DNA from: Enoplolaimus lenunculus
Lineage: Eukaryota
Assembly (NCBI GenBank): GCA_030248215.1
Contig: JASANG010001414.1
Span: 806,001-870,000, forward strand
Direction of reading: 5' to 3'
Length of the DNA stretch: 64,000 bases
Translations under genes and position numbers: made by a program
The notes under the pieces: model-generated
Databases searched by the model: none
Seen by the model: the letters and a program-made list of their open reading frames with translations, nothing else
Told to the model about the DNA's origin: nothing
In this document: positions 36,471 to 51,513 of the stretch, piece after piece
Numbering within the stretch: the first letter of the stretch is position 1
Layout of the letters: every line of letters starts with the position of its first letter

Positions 36471-38802
36471 GACGGGTTTGGTTTTAACGATTGGTCGTCG
36501 AGCTAAGTCGATGTGATTTTTGAAGTAAACGTAGTGCGTATTGTAAAATTACTCTTTTACTTGTACGCAAAATAAGGTACGTAGTAAAACATTACGGGCG
36601 GGCAATGTGTCATACAGAGGTTTGTCACACTCTAGATATGTCAGAAAATTTAAATGAAAAAGTTTGATAGAAATGTGCTTTACATATTATATAATACGTA
36701 TGCATTGCAGTGAAGTGATTTAGCAGTTGTGGTTTGACACCAAAGACCGTTGAAAGTGATTAAAATTTGAAACTACGGGGGCGCGTGTGTTGTCATCAGC
36801 ATTGTTGTGGGTCTGTTAGTTGGGCTTGTGTGTGTTGTAGTACGCAAAACTGATTTGACAAATTGTGACAGGGTTGTGTGGGTTTAAAATTCAAAACACT
36901 ATAAAACCAGTAGAGCAAGGAGACGAACTAAAAGGCTTGTGCTTTCTGAATGTTTTAATGTACGTAACCGATATAGAGTTAAAAAATTCGTGAGTCCGAC
37001 TCGTCTCCTAGTCCATGGATCCGCCCAGAAAACTGCTTCTAGTGTTTATATTCAATTGCAGTTAGTAGTAACACAGTGTTTGCACATCGCATTGGTCACT
37101 AAGCTATGTAAATACATTGACATGATTTGTGTTAAGTTTTAAAATATCTAAGCACACACTTAGTTATTAGCGATGTTAAATCAAACAGATTTATCTCACA
37201 TAGCGCTGTAGTAGTAGTAGTAGTAGTCGTAGTAGTCGTAGTAGATAGTAAATAGGTTGTTTCGTTCGAAACATAAAACAAAATGAATGGTTTCTTGACA
37301 ACGGCGTAACAAGGATTTTTATTTTGGGATCGTCGTATAACAAAGCCCGTAAAAGTGTCTTGTTTAGCTCGTCTGCCATAAATTTTGGATGAATGATTTG
37401 TCCTGTTATGTACGCCTCAGATTCTTGAACGACCACGTATTAAGGCGTTTCGTTAAATGAAAAAGAATTCATTGTACAGCACGCCATTTAAATATGCAAG
37501 TGTTGAATTATGTACGTATATATAGGTGTACCTGTTACTGTATACACGACTGTATTTACTATTGGCGTGTGTGTACATTAGCGTCGAGAATGCTGACAAA
37601 GTGGCTGGTGGTCGAGTTTGAATCCTTGTTGTAGATTGCAGTTGACCCCTGTCTAGAACCTGTATTGGTGAAGTCGTTGCGGGGGTTGAGTCTGGGAAGA
37701 AATCGGAGTACGTTGTGTTTAACGACGTTATTAGGCACTGTTTAGGCTCCTTCACAGTAATGTTAATTTTTAATACAAGGTGAAAGTCTCCCGATAGGGT
37801 TTATATTATTGTAGACAAGACAAGACAAGAAGTTTATTTGGACCGAAAGCACGACAAAATATGCATTTAGTATATATATAAATAGTACAAACACATTATA
37901 CATACTATCACATGTTTAAGGTTACGGATAATCTTAAGCATACTCCCACGTGTAGGCTCAAATTTGTTCGTTATGTAAGTAAACAAGTACCAGCTATTGT
38001 GTATGAAATCGTCATTTATTGGTAAAATTCCATTACAATGTATCACGGTGACTTTTGAATTCTTCAAAGATACACGTAATATCTGGCTTCGGCCGGATAT
38101 TGTGGTTGCGCTTCGACTTTTTTGTGTATATCTTTCCCGCTGTGGTTGGAACCATGATATATTCGAGTCAGTCATTGCGGTGACGTCTAGACGCCGTGTA
38201 AAAAGTGAATTTTAAAGTACGTATGTATTGTTTGTTTTAATGCAAAAACGTTTTTTGTATGGATAACCCTTTTAATTATGCATCAACTTTCAGTTGTCGC
38301 GTAACCTTGTTGAATTGCAGTCGACATGTCAAACTATATATACACACCAAAAATCATGCATACCTACTAATACTACTAGTACATGTGTATATATGTAGCG
38401 ACAGTCTATGACTAGCTTGCGGCAAAGGGGCCGACATCAGTGTGCAAAGTGGAACTCGATTATATCGGAATCGGAAAATCAAATTTATACAGAAATTGTA
38501 ATCGGAATGGAATTGGAACTAGAAATTTTGTGACTACGAATAATTTGTATTGACAAATATCATGTTGATTTAGGGTGTCCGTTGGCTGGCAACAGTTTTC
38601 AAAAACGTCGCATGAACAAATTAACGGTGATTTTTGGTTTTGTACAGCTAAACTACAATAATTATAGATCGAAAGCAATTTAATACATGACTAATACAGC
38701 ATTTTTGTGCAACGTATCAAAAGTAGGATTAAAATTGAACTTTCAAAATTACGATTACGATTGACCAAGCTGAAATTTTTGTAAGAATGGAATGGGTATA
38801 GC

Positions 38803-39208
38803 TAGGGTGCGATCGGATATCCGAATCCGGTATAATATCCGGCAAAAAAATGATATCCGAATCTGGTTCCGGTCTCCTGTAAATTCTGCAAGATACCGGA
38901 TTTTTACGGTGGTGGCCCTGAATTTCACAAACCTGCTTTAAACAAGTGCTCGTCTTTAACATATTTCCGCGATTTCATTTCTGAGTAAGTCATGAAGTTC
39001 AAGATTTGATACACTGAAGCAAAATAAAAAGATTCAAGCTAACAATTAATTGTAATTCAGTAAACATACATTTTTGGCTAACCAAATACTTCAAATAGTA
39101 CACAAGTTTAGATGCGATATCCGATTGATATCTGGACCCGGTAAAAAGTTCATTATCCGTATCTGGTTCCGGTAGTCGGTAAATACGTAAATATCCGGTC
39201 ACAGCCTC
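38803..39208. mobile_element. hAT-type MITE with ATCCGG subterminal repeats
   Basis: TAGGGTGCGATCGGATAT / ATATCCGGTCACAGCCTC. TSD GGTATAGC / GGTATAGG (7 of 8). Confidence 0.75.
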
Positions 39209-40023
39209 GGTATAGGGGGTGTAGAACTTGATCTCATTTTTCCAACATTTACGATTGCGCTTAAGCTGAGTTTCAGGTTTATCCTTAGGCATAAGATGGA
39301 AAATGCGCTTACTTTTGCGTAATAAAGTCAAGCCTAAACCGCTTAATCACTATATGTGAGGAGAAGAGCATAACAGCCTGTGGATTTGGTCAATAAAAGT
39401 ATACAACAAGTAATCACGGTGCAACCTGGTCAGTAATAACAAAAAATCGCCGCAAACTATGGTCATTTGCTGAGGTGGTCAGCCTTAAAATTGTATGCAA
39501 ACAAACTGGGTTTTTCTAGGTAAATGTATATAATGTGAGCGCTATCATGGTGATTGAGATTGATCAGAGTTGATGCAGGTAAAGGTATTTAATAATAGGG
39601 GGTAGCCTATACGTTGGCATTATATAATTGTGTTTGTTGCACAAATCTAAACGGTTGCAGAGTACATATACAGCGCTCGTTCCAGCGGGGCTGTGCATTG
39701 TCCACTATGATTCCGGAATGAATTGAATCAAATTTCGCCGGATTCGGTAACATGTCAGACCAAAGGCACCTTATAAGCGAGAGGTATATACTCAGTGCAG
39801 TGCTGGATTAATGCTATAGCTACCGTTGGGTAATTTTCAACATTTGTGATTTACAATTACCTACGAATGAAGGCTAAAAATGAACATATTGAATACATCA
39901 TTAATTTTTGTTTGTAAAATGGTGTTTTTAAGCCATACTGCGGATACGAAATTCTTAAGTAGTACGCAGAAGTAAACTTCGGTTCCTGTTTATCACAATT
40001 TAAGTTGTTTTATACCTATATAG

Positions 40024-40672
40024 CAGGGTTCTACCGGAATTTATTTCCGGCCGGAATTCATGCAAAAATTCAGTTACTGTTCCACCGGAAAGTGAAAAAT
40101 GCAGTTCACCAAAAATTTCATTTTAATCTTATTTTTTGCTCTATTATTTGTGAAATAACCTTAGTCGAACATAGGGGTATTTATTTTATTTGTTGTATTT
40201 TAGATTTTCATCATCGACTGAAGTGAAATCCACCATCAATGGCTTATATTCGGAGTACAAGTGGCTTTCAAAAGAGATTCTTAAAAATTAGCAGAGTTAA
40301 GAAAACGGCCAAATTATAACACCGGAATTTTTAAATCCGGTAAAAATTTACCGGAACCGGAAGGTGAAAAAATGCCGGAACCGGAATTCCGGTTGCACCC
40401 TGATTTGAATATTGAAAATTTTGTTTTTAAAGAATTTTATTTCGAAACTCATGTTTATGCAATTAGTTCAATTTTGTTAGTAAACCGTTGATGTGTTTTC
40501 TCCGAACTTGGTGATGAAATAGCTGAAAATTCGCTCAAGCCACGTTTTGACCGAAATAGTTAATTAAAAATTTTCGTTGATTAAAATTGTTTCAAATTCT
40601 CGTTCCTGCAAAGAGATTGAATTTTTGTTCCTGTTCCGTTTCTGACAAAATTTAGTTCATGTTGAAACCCTG
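40024..40672. mobile_element. hAT-type MITE containing the end of a second hAT-type element (..CCGGTTGCACCCTG at 40402)
   Basis: CAGGGTT..AACCCTG termini with perfect 8-bp TSD CTATATAG (40016-40023 and 40673-40680). Decayed relative at about 16910-17297. Confidence 0.85.
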
Positions 40673-41444
40673 CTATATAGTTTGTAATATTTGTGAATAT
40701 TGCTTGTATTACAGTTGTTGCAGAAAATACAATGAGCTGTGTATGTACTATCTAACACACTGGTGCCGCTCAACCCCAAACGCATGCGATATAAAGAGAC
40801 CAAACCGGAAATAGAGTTTTCGGATAAGTATCTTTTAAAGTTCTCGCCGCCGCATTATTTGACTGGTATATAAGTATTATGCTGTACCAGAGTGAGTGAT
40901 TTGACAAAACTTATGTTTTGAGGTTTGTTTTAATCGCAAACAACGTTTGTTGCAGTGCCCTGCTGCAGTGGAACGACGATTGAATAATCTTATCTGATTC
41001 AGGGTACGTATATAAATTAAGATTGTTGCTTTGCTGGTAGCAAACATGTAAGCGTTTGAAGAAAGGGCAACTTGGTTAAATTTGGCATTTTATGATCCTT
41101 AGCATGGTATCAGCACGCACTGCCAAACGGAGTCGTATATAACTTTTAGTATTTAATCAAACAAGTTTCAGCCATTATGCTGCACAATTGAAACCGTCTA
41201 CTGGAATGATATAAATATGTGTTCATCATGTAGGTTTTTGCTATTTTATTATTTTTTGCAGTTCATTGACCAGCATTACTTACTCAATTTCAGTTAGCTT
41301 AATTACATTTCCATTTCAAATAAGAGTTCTGATGTAAATTTGTTGTTCCGGATTCCAATTTGGTTTCTGATATATTTATATAAATAATCCAGTTGTACGT
41401 AGTAGCTACTCAAAGCCCACCATATACAATACATAACTTACCAA

Positions 41445-41808
41445 CACGGTGCAACCGGAACCGGAAAGTTAAAAAATACCGGAACCGGCAAACAAAAAAT
41501 TCTTGTTACCGGAAAATGCATTTTAACGCTATTTTATCGCTTTTAACGGTGTAAAGACACCAGTTAGGATGACAAAATCTTGAAACAAATGCAGTAGCTG
41601 GAAACGTATGATCAATTATAAAGTATGACACAAATTTGAAATTTTGGCAATACATGCTCAGGCAATTTTAGAAAAATAAGTTAGAATACTATATCAATTT
41701 TTCATAAATGTTCGAATGAGTAAAATTTTGAATAGCGAAAATACCGGAAAATTCAGGTGTATAAATACCGGATTTCCTTACCGGAACCTGAATTCTGGTT
41801 ACACTTTG
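41445..41808. mobile_element. hAT-type MITE with CCGGAA subterminal repeats
   Basis: CACGGTGCAACCGGAA / TTCTGGTTACACTTTG. TSD CTTACCAA / CGTACCAA (7 of 8). A related end lies at 28808. Confidence 0.75.
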
Positions 41809-43283
41809 CGTACCAAGTATTTTGGAATATTATACAATTTCAAATTGTTATCAATTTATGTATTTACTATAAATAGGTATGTGTATATATACTCGCTCGT
41901 TACTCATTTAGTTTAATTATTTTGTCATTGGCTCGTTTGTCAATTACAACTCGATTGGTTGGTATGGTATTGCTTGGCTTCGTCTTGGTAGCTGCAGTTG
42001 TTTGTCGTCGTTGCAGTCCACAAGCAGCGCTAGTAGTGGCGCTTCTGTGCTGTCTAGTCATGATGGATGACCGTTGTCACCTTGGATTAGTGGATACGGA
42101 ATACGGATCGACTCATTGAAGAGAGTAGGAGCACGCATGACTTGGGATTGCATTTGATACCAGGCAAATGTTACTGCTTGGAGTGTAGCAGTAGTATATA
42201 TAGCCATATTCCGAAGCCTAACCCGGAATCGAAGCTAAAGACACAACGCAAGAATACGCCTATAACAGCCTGAATGTAAGACTAAGCAAAGAATGAGTCG
42301 ATATATTTGTTAGTCTAATTTTATTGGGGAGTCCCGGCGGAAAACCCAATGCCGAACGGACTACTTTGCCGAAGTTTGAAAATTTTGAAAACTGAGGGGG
42401 AAATGTACAAAAGCATTTAGGAGTCGGTTTGCAAAATTATGGGTCATCTACATTTATAACGTCTACGCTGTTAAAAAATTCTCTAGTCTATTCGGTTTAC
42501 CCGGGACCAAAAAGAACACTATAGCTTTGAACCATGGTTGTACTGAGGTTGTTTTAAGACAGTGGGATTTGTCCCGAGCCTGTTCGAAGGGAATAGGGGT
42601 ACAGTAGCCAAGTGAAAAGTAAAGGGAATAAAGGGAAAAATAAAGTTTAACGGCGATTTATTAGTGTAATTGTATGAAACGACAATTCAGAGCAAATAAA
42701 AATATCCAAAACTTTTGTTAAACATCTTATTTTTATTTTCGGTAACGGTTAACAATTGACAGAAATCGAGACCGAAAGCATCGATAGGTTGGGTCTCGGT
42801 CTTGTTTTTTTGACCGCGAGACCACCCGTCCCTGATGACCAATTTGCCCTACAACACCGCACACCAACATATGGCTATGGAAAGTGACGGACGTCGCAGG
42901 ATAGTGACGCACAACGGCGGACGTCATCAAAAGTATAGAGTGTCACCTTTAGCATTACAACTTTTTGTTGTTTGCTGTTGTGTAAAATCGTTGCCAATAT
43001 TTCAGTAATACTTAACTGGGGTAACATACCGTATGGCACCTTTATAATTAGTTTTACTGCCGTGGTCCAAATAATTGGCATGTCAGGTTTGCCGGCGAAG
43101 TAAAATGTTATATGCCGATTTTGTTGTTGTTGTCGTGGTCAAATCGGGACAAAATCCAAGGACATCCGTCTAACGTGTTACTGTGAGACGTAAGGACAGA
43201 TAGCCAATTAATGCATTTCTGCACAATGTCGGATTGCGGTTTACATATCTGTATTCATAAGCACGTGCATACGTAGTATTAGT

Positions 43284-43859
43284 TGGTCTTTCTCATGGTC
43301 CCCCCATCCCGTGTTCGAACAAAAATGGTGCGATTTTGTATATATTTTAGCATCTAGTAACCTCCATTGATCATTCCACGCCTAAATTTGAATTTTTGAA
43401 AAATTCGATTTTTTTGTTAAAAAGTTTAACAAATTATACACCATTCGATGCAGCTTGCAGAGCGGAGTTGAACGGTGATAAATTTTCCGTAATCAAATAG
43501 CTGGCTAACGAATTATGGTCAAATAACTCATTTAGCGCCGTCCCTAATCGTTGGCTGCACGCTAAACTCAGTAATTTGAGAGTAACTCGTTAACCAATCG
43601 CCCGATTGTGAAACATTTAACACCATTCGACTCAGATTCGCAAGCTGCATAGAATGGTGTATAATTATCAAACTTTTTGACAAAATTTTTTTCGAGTCCC
43701 GAGTGGGGACCTTGGGACCTTAAAAATCGAATTTTTCAAAAATTCAAATTTAGTTGTGGAATAATCAGAGGAGGAGTTGAGAAGCTCAAATATGCAAATA
43801 TTTTCAAAATCGAACCATTTTGGGGCAAACGCGGGCTGGAGGGATAACGGAAAAGACCC
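43284..43859. mobile_element. Palindromic (long-TIR) MITE family E, Mutator-like
   Basis: The two halves are approximate reverse complements. End GGATAACGGAAAAGACCC. Flanks GTATTAGT / GTATTAGC. Confidence 0.8.
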
Positions 43860-45308
43860 GTATTAGCGTGGTATGTTTCTGTTGCATAATAGAACGATAT
43901 GTTTCTGCTTGAGAAAGTCTTACTTATGCCAGCTTTTTCGAATTTCTTACTCTTACTATTGAAGTAAAGAACTGAATTTATTTTGAATGTATATATGCAT
44001 GTTGATGCAGTCTCAAATATAAGAGAACAATTTATCATTAGACGACGAATTGTGAGTGATAAAATCATCAATCATTTGTGAGAGATTTTAGTCGATTTGC
44101 ACTTGTCACCCACCATATAGATTTTAACTGGTTGTGTATGTATTTATTTTGCTACTTAAAATGTGCATTACGTACAACATATTTCGATGTAAAAATGGAA
44201 TTGTTTTTAACACGTTTTCTCGTCTGGTCTGGTCTGGTCTGCTACTGCAGTAGTAGTAAATAGGGTGTGCGGTTCGTAGTTGTACGTAGTAGTGGTAGTA
44301 GTAGTCGACAAATTTGTGGTCCGTCTGCGTTGCGTTTCGGGTCCGAAAATTTATGATTGGGGGCCGCGCAATATAAATATAATTATGGAGCAGGCTCGCG
44401 AGTGAAGCGACGTAGACGTTGATTGCAATTTTAATACCAAATCTTGGTATAAAGTTTTGGGGTTTAACGCAAATCCGGTTTGGTGGAGTGAGTATCCGAT
44501 CCTTGTTGCAAAGTTAGCTTCAATGACCCCCTTGGATACCCGATTGGTGGTCCGTCTTGTGTAACGCTGTCAGTGTTGGTGTTTTTATTGAAACGTATTG
44601 TAGCTTCGATGCAAGGGTTTTGATGATGATGATGATGATTGGTCCAAATTTAAATTGAGCATTATATGACAGAAAAACGTATTTTCAAATGTAAGTTGCT
44701 GCGGTGGCTTGGTTGGGTGGCAAGGCTAGCAGAGTCAGTTTGCAGCGAAATAGGGGACAATGACCTTGGGCGCAGCAGTTGTTGGGTACGTAGTACGTAA
44801 TAAGAAGATTTTAGCTTTTCAAATAGGGAGTATATATATTTATGGAGTTTTAATATTTTGGGGTTTTGATAGTATTATAATTAAATGACTAGCTTGTGGG
44901 GAAATTCGAAGTATTTGGTGTATATAAAGGCATCGTTTTGCAATTCGTATTAAAGAGTTGCTTTGTTTGTAGGATATGTATGTGACGATGATGCTTGTAC
45001 ACTTTGTCCTGCCATAGTTTTTCGAAATTTTGTGGTTTTGTACAACTAACGCTTAAGATTAGGCTTTGAGGCCCTGGGTTATTAAGTCTTCAGCTTGTGG
45101 GAAGCAAAAGTACATAAAGCCTGTGTAATTATAATTTGTTGCAATTATTAAGGTGTCAAAATTTTGTCCAGAAGTAACCGCTGGTAAGCTAACACGAGTG
45201 TAACTCGTAAATGCTCAAAGTTGCAATACAAAATAATAACGACAATGTATTTTTGTACCCATCGAGCTGAAACACACTACATACGTATTATATACATACA
45301 TATATATG

Positions 45309-45344
<36 letters not shown>

Positions 45345-48078
45345 TAATATATAAACTAAATGAACAACAGATGTTTGACAAGCAGGAGCGTCTTTTTGAT
45401 TTTTAAGTAAAAATAAAATTTGAGTTTGCCTTTGGCTGCTGGAAGTATTTTGGTCGATAAAAAGGATTTTGACGCATTTGACTTGTTAGTATTTATAGTA
45501 TAAAGTTAATTTATGTATATATATTTATGAGTAAAACGGTATTTACACTGTGTTAAGTGTTACATTTATGGTCGAAACGTGGGTCATACACAAAGGTGTA
45601 AAAGTGTGGAGGTTTCAAATAGACCGACCATGTGTATAAATGTTTGCGATATTTGTAATCTCAAATTAATCAAACAACTCTGATAGTGTCCGTAGTATAT
45701 ATGTAAATTCGTGGTCTACTGTTATAGTTTAATGATTCGAGACTTTGATTTGATGATTCCTTGCGTTGAAATTGGTGATTTATCGAAAAATTTGAATATT
45801 AAGAGTAGGGAACGACCGGATCCAAAATTTTGCATTTACCGGATCCGAATCCGGATCTTAAAATTCAGATCCGGCCCGGATCCGGATCTTAATAGCTGGA
45901 TAATTTTTCAAAACCTAACGTATATAAAATACAAAATGTTCAACTGATTGTTTCGCAAAATTAGTCAACAAAACTTACAGCAACTAAAAAAGAAGTCTTT
46001 AAAATTTTTATGTTTGTTCTTCCGCAACAACATTGGTCTCCACGTTGATGTCATTAACCTGACATTCCAACAAAGCATTAATGCTCACACAGTGCTTATT
46101 AGATTACGTACGCACCTAAATTGTACGCTTGTAGTTATTTGGAGATGCCATCGAAAACCGAAATATTCGTATATTTTTAAAAATATTAAAATCCTTTCAA
46201 TTCGCGGAAATACGCACGTCAGGATAACGACAATGTATGCTAAAACCGAATATGTTGCGTGCCAAAATATCAAAATCAAATACACCGAAGTTCCGTACAA
46301 AAACTGAAAACAATTAATTTAAAAATTGTATAATTAAAGAATTAATAAAATAAAAACTTAAAGAAACAACCGTTGCTAATAGCATTACTTCATTGAAAAT
46401 CGTGGATAATAAAATTTAGGACTTGTGTTTATATATGCGCAATTCATTTGAGCCATAGTATTGGTTAGTATTGGTTGGGATGTGATCAACTCAGTAATAT
46501 TCATTGCTGGAAGTTATACTTGTTTGCTTCCCCAACGCCAGTGCTGCGGCTAGAGTATTACGCGTGGGTGCGCTGCAGTGACTAAAGAGATTGTTAACCT
46601 GGATTGCGCTAAAACGCAAACCTGTATGAATCGCCTAGCTGATCGGTTTCGTCAGGTGTCCCACGTGCCCGAGGTCTCCCTAGAAGGCTGCACGGGTAAT
46701 GGTAGGGTGGCACCGAACACGTGATTTGACCAATTCCCAAACCGTTGTGATTTTACCGAATCCGAACCGTGAACGTGAATTCTGATATATCGAAGTCGAG
46801 TTTCATCATAAAACATGAGCTGACGTTCGAACCGCCAGTGCTAAAAGTTTTCCGAAAAATGATTCAATCTCTTTCAGCTTAGTTTTGTAAACACTTTCAC
46901 GTATTTCCGAACCTTGTTGGATTCGCTAGTGTTTTCGAAACCGAATCCGAACCTCCAAGTCTTGCCGAATCTGAAAACCCTAAATGGAACTTTTGTGTCG
47001 CTACCTTGGGTGGTAGCCGCGGCGGCATTCCCAACCACCTACTATACGGTTAAGTAGATACGTATGTAAGACAGATCTCTCCTCTCGCGTTACTATTTAT
47101 TTTATTGCTACACCTAAACTTAAACCTAAATATAAGCCAAAGAGGCTAAGCAACCTTAAGGCTATACTTTATTCGTACAGCTCAATTATACGTGGGCGAA
47201 GTAAAAAGCAAACAAGTACCCGTCCTAAAGTCGTAACAACAGACAAAAAGTGTGTACCAACGGAGATACGTAATTTTGTCGGTGTCGACGAACTGAATGA
47301 AATTATTTACAAATTGTTATTGTGTCGATTGAACAAAAATAATTGTGTTACATATTATAATGTAGAAAAGTTAATTGTCGCGATAATAGCGCATCGCAAC
47401 ACACGTTAAAAGCGCATATATATGTAGCACCAGGGCGTTGGGCCAGGATTTCGTTTCGGCTAGATATAATCTGCTGATGTAAAATGTTAGATCCAAGCAT
47501 AGCTGATTAGTGATTAGCGGTATTATTCTGCCTCCAAGGATCCAGTAGATTGATATATAGATCTGGTAAAAAGTACCGTTTTATTGTTTGTTTAGAAAAT
47601 TTTGGAGGGGATTTGTCTGTCCATTGTTGCACGCGTTTGAACGCAACGCGCTCAAGCGTATACGTGCACATGCGTATCAAAGTTAATAACAAGGCAAAAA
47701 TATGTACAGTTTTGACGCTAGTTTGCTACATGCTGAGTTCGCTGTTGCGCCAATGCAGTTGCATGCAATTACCGCTGTTGTTACAGTGGCTTTTATTAGC
47801 GAAATATAAAACGAATTATTTTCGGTCATTTTGATTTTTGACGCACCGTGGACGACGATGTGGTGTATGAATGATGTACGGATGTGGCTGTTGTAACTAT
47901 ATTATAACGAGTCGTGTTACTTGTATCAATGAAGACAGTAAAAATTTATGAATGAAATTAAAATTCGGCAGCGAAGTGTGAACTTTGCAGTGTATTTTTT
48001 TGTGAATGAAAATAAAATACAAAACGAGCTAGTAGTGTATAATTGTGGGTTTCGTTGGTTTACAAGCCGCGGTCTGTA

Positions 48079-48511
48079 CTGTAGTGACCTGAATAAGAGG
48101 GGGACTGATATTTATTTAGCGTCTCCAGAGGGTACCCCCTTCTTGTGATTCGGTTACAGACTGTTATTTATTTTCAACCAGCCCTGTGCCACCCTTCCTT
48201 ACTGATATATATCCGGATTGCAACTATCCGTTGAATTTAACGGTTTTTACCTTCCATTGAAAGCTTGAGCGGCGATAATGCAGGGTTATACTTAGGAATG
48301 TACTTTCAAAATTTAAGTACGCTTTAAAGTTTCAAACTCAAATTATTTGGTCCTGGAGTCATTTATGCGCTACAATTAGGAATAATTGACATTTATGGAC
48401 TCTAATTAGGGTTTAGGGACTCTAACCGCTTACGGACTCTTATTAGGGATACGGACTCCGATTTATTGGGACTCAAAATGGGGACCCCACCTCTTATTCG
48501 GGTCAATACAG
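48079..48511. mobile_element. Tc1/mariner-superfamily (pogo/Tc2-type) MITE
   Basis: TA|CTGTAGTGACCTGAATAAGAG ... CTCTTATTCGGGTCAATACAG|TA, with internal GGACTC repeats near the right end. Confidence 0.75.
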
Positions 48512-49648
48512 TAGTTAGAGTAATTTCTTAGATTAGTTTGTAATTCTAAGCCTCTCTAAGCATGCCTAATCCCGTGGGGTGGGGGGATCATAAGAGCCCG
48601 AATTTGTTAAAACTTTACTACGTACACAGTAGATCGCAATTTTAATGGAGCCGAAAATATTTTTCATAGACTACTCTACTCGATCGGTTTTATTGATTAA
48701 ACCCGACTAATCAAGTCTGAAATCAAATAATCGTGGAAGTAGTATTGTATGAAGTTTTAGTAACCAGTCGCCTGGCTCGCTGCCAGTGTACCACAACTGT
48801 GCGATAAATCTAAATAAACAAATATATAGGTACATATGCATTGCATAGTTCAGGCCCGTTGTTCTAGCCAGCTCAACATGCTAGGGAGGGGTAAAAAGTT
48901 TCTAGACACGCGTGCGAGAATTGCACACGACCTGCAGTGGCGTAAAAAATTGTCTAGGGCTAAGTTCTCCGTGTCCCCCCTATGGTAACAGGCGTCTAAT
49001 AAATATGTGAATATGTACATAGATAGGTGTATACGCGGTACATAGATAGGTGTATACGCGGCGGCGTTTCCAGGATTTTCTGACGGGGGGATTCAAGTGT
49101 TATCGAACGCAAAAATTGTAAGATAGGGACCTTATCATTTTATCACCGAAAAATTTTCTGAGCTGAAAAAATTGTAAGGTGACCTTATCATTTTATATCA
49201 CCAAAAAACTTTCTGATGGGAACATTGTAAGGTAATGATTTTATCTTTTTTTAAAAAAATCTGTTGGGAGCATACGCCCCCCCTGGATCCGCAAATGTGT
49301 ACACGCTATAGCATCACACATTCCTCTAGTAGTAGCTTGTGTTATTTGTCCATTAAACCGGTAGAAATCAATTTGGGTTCTTGTGTGTATATGCAATGTA
49401 TAAAACTTGTGGTGGTATGCATATTGCATCTGTAAAATAATACATATTTATCTGGTGGCTCTTGGCTTCGATTATTACTGGCATTTAATAATTATTGGCA
49501 TTGGTATCGATTAAAATTTGAAAATCAGCTGTTAGTAGAAGAAGTGGTGTAGTATACGACTTTGATTGAATTTGGCGACCGAATGGGGTGTGAAACTTTT
49601 GGCGAACGTATTTAAACAGGGCACGTATATATGCGGCAGCCCGATTTT

Positions 49649-50279
49649 GGGTGTTTTCCGTTATCCCCCCAAACCGAGTTTGCCAAAAATGGTTGGATTT
49701 TGAAACTTGCATATTTGATTTGCGTTTCTCATGACCTCCCCTGATCATTCCACGCCTAAATTTGAATTTTTGCAAAATTCTATTCTTAAGGTCCCAAGGT
49801 CCACCCGAAGGGTCCCAAAATTTTTTTGGCAAAGTGTTAGACAAGTTATATTTCACTCGACGCAGTTGGCAGAGCTGAGTTGAATGGTTTTGTGAATTTT
49901 CCGCAATCAAATGGCTGGCTAACGAGAATGGTCTAATAATAACTGATTTGTTCACAGTCTCTAATGGTTGGCAGCGCGCCAAATCGGTTATCTGACCATA
50001 ACTCGTTTGCCAAACGCCTGGTTGCGTAAAATTCAACACCGTTCGACTCAGCTCTGCAAGTTGCGTCGAATGGTATATAATTTGTCAAAGTTTTTGACAA
50101 AATTTTTTTAGATCCCATGGAGGGACTTTGAGAACTTACAATAAATCGAATTTGTCTTTAATTCAAATTCAAACGTGCAATGATCAGTGCAGGTCACGAG
50201 AAGCTCAAATATGCAAAAAAATTTCAAATTTCAATTGTTTTTGAGCAATCACGGGCTGGAGGGATATCGCAAAAGACCC
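49649..50279. mobile_element. Palindromic MITE family E, full copy
   Basis: GGGTGTTTTCCGTTATCCC / GGGATATCGCAAAAGACCC. Flanks GCCCGATTTT / GCGCGATTTA. Explains ORFs 49485-50039 and 49933-50118. Confidence 0.8.
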
Positions 50280-51513
50280 GCGCGATTTAAGTCAGCTCAA
50301 ATGTTAACTTCTTCCCGCATTAGAGTCACATCGAGCCTAAGGCGTTAACTTTATAAATGTAGAGGAAAAGATGCACAAAGAGTCTGCCTTTATAAATATA
50401 TACTGTTCATTGCCTAAAATTTGGCCATAGATTAATCGTTGCATACCATACAAGCGGTTAATTGCCATCAAGCATTCGTCGCATAGTACGTACAATAGGG
50501 TATCTGGCTCCGGTAACAAAGTGACAACTGGCTCCGACAATTTCACAATATTTCTCAGCAATTTTTGTTCCAAACGCGTAAAATTAGTACTTTCAGAAGC
50601 CCAGTGAACGCTAAGAACCCTGTAAAAGCAAGATTGTAACATATTTTAGGAAGTAGTACGAAATTAGCGTGAGTAAGTTTCAGTTTTTCGTCGAAATATG
50701 CACTGAAACATCCGTTTCCGGCAGTTGACACAGCCGGATATTGTACTATCGGGCTACGGTATTTTTTTAATATCCGATTGAACTCTGCTACCCAGACCAG
50801 AAAAATAGTGTTTATACGGAGCACACCGGATCTCGTTGAAAGCGTTTTACTTCGCCCAAAATTTTCTGCTTTGTGTAGTTATTTCGACTGAGGAGCGAAA
50901 AAACCAAGCCAAAGGCAGACTATAGTTAACACGGACATCAAGTTCCAGTCAATCTGATTAAAAAATAAAAGTATATATTTCTTTAATACATATTATGTAA
51001 CATTTTATGGGCGTGTAAACCTATTCGTTGGAAACTTATATTTTCAACAATTAGAGTTTATCAGGTCGGCTCCCTAAAATATGTTTTTAGATCTGTTGTG
51101 TACATGGACACATTTCGTCTGTGCATTAATTGGTATGTTTTTATGGATTGTAAATATTTTGAAGATATACGTACGTATAATATAAAGTTGTGTTTTTGGT
51201 GACAGGAAATCTTTTTGTGTTCTTTGTATATACGTTTGATTTGATGGTGAAATTTAATTGAGTATAATCATCTTCTTAAACTTATATATGTTACATAATA
51301 GGTCGTCCGTCCGCGATATGCAAATGTCGCTTTTAAAATTTGTCGAGTGAAAATTGCAGTATTCGACTGCTACAGGCCCCGAGCTTTGGTTTTAGTGGGC
51401 CGGGCAACCCTGGACACGGCGCTGCCGAAAAACATACAAACATGCTGGTATCATTCTGTAGCAAACGTCTTGCTGTAGCAAATAGCAGTTTAACCGTTGT
51501 TGCCGAGCTCATG

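Noticed and set aside
41922..42170. GC-richer patch with a hydrophobic 65-aa ORF and GGATCGACTCAT identical to the start of gene B exon 4
   Set aside because: Only a 12-bp match, and I found no convincing acceptor/donor pair with an open frame. It could be UTR or regulatory but this is unsupported.
49485..50118. 184-aa and 61-aa ORFs
   Set aside because: They lie mostly within palindromic MITE family E and show no transposase motifs.
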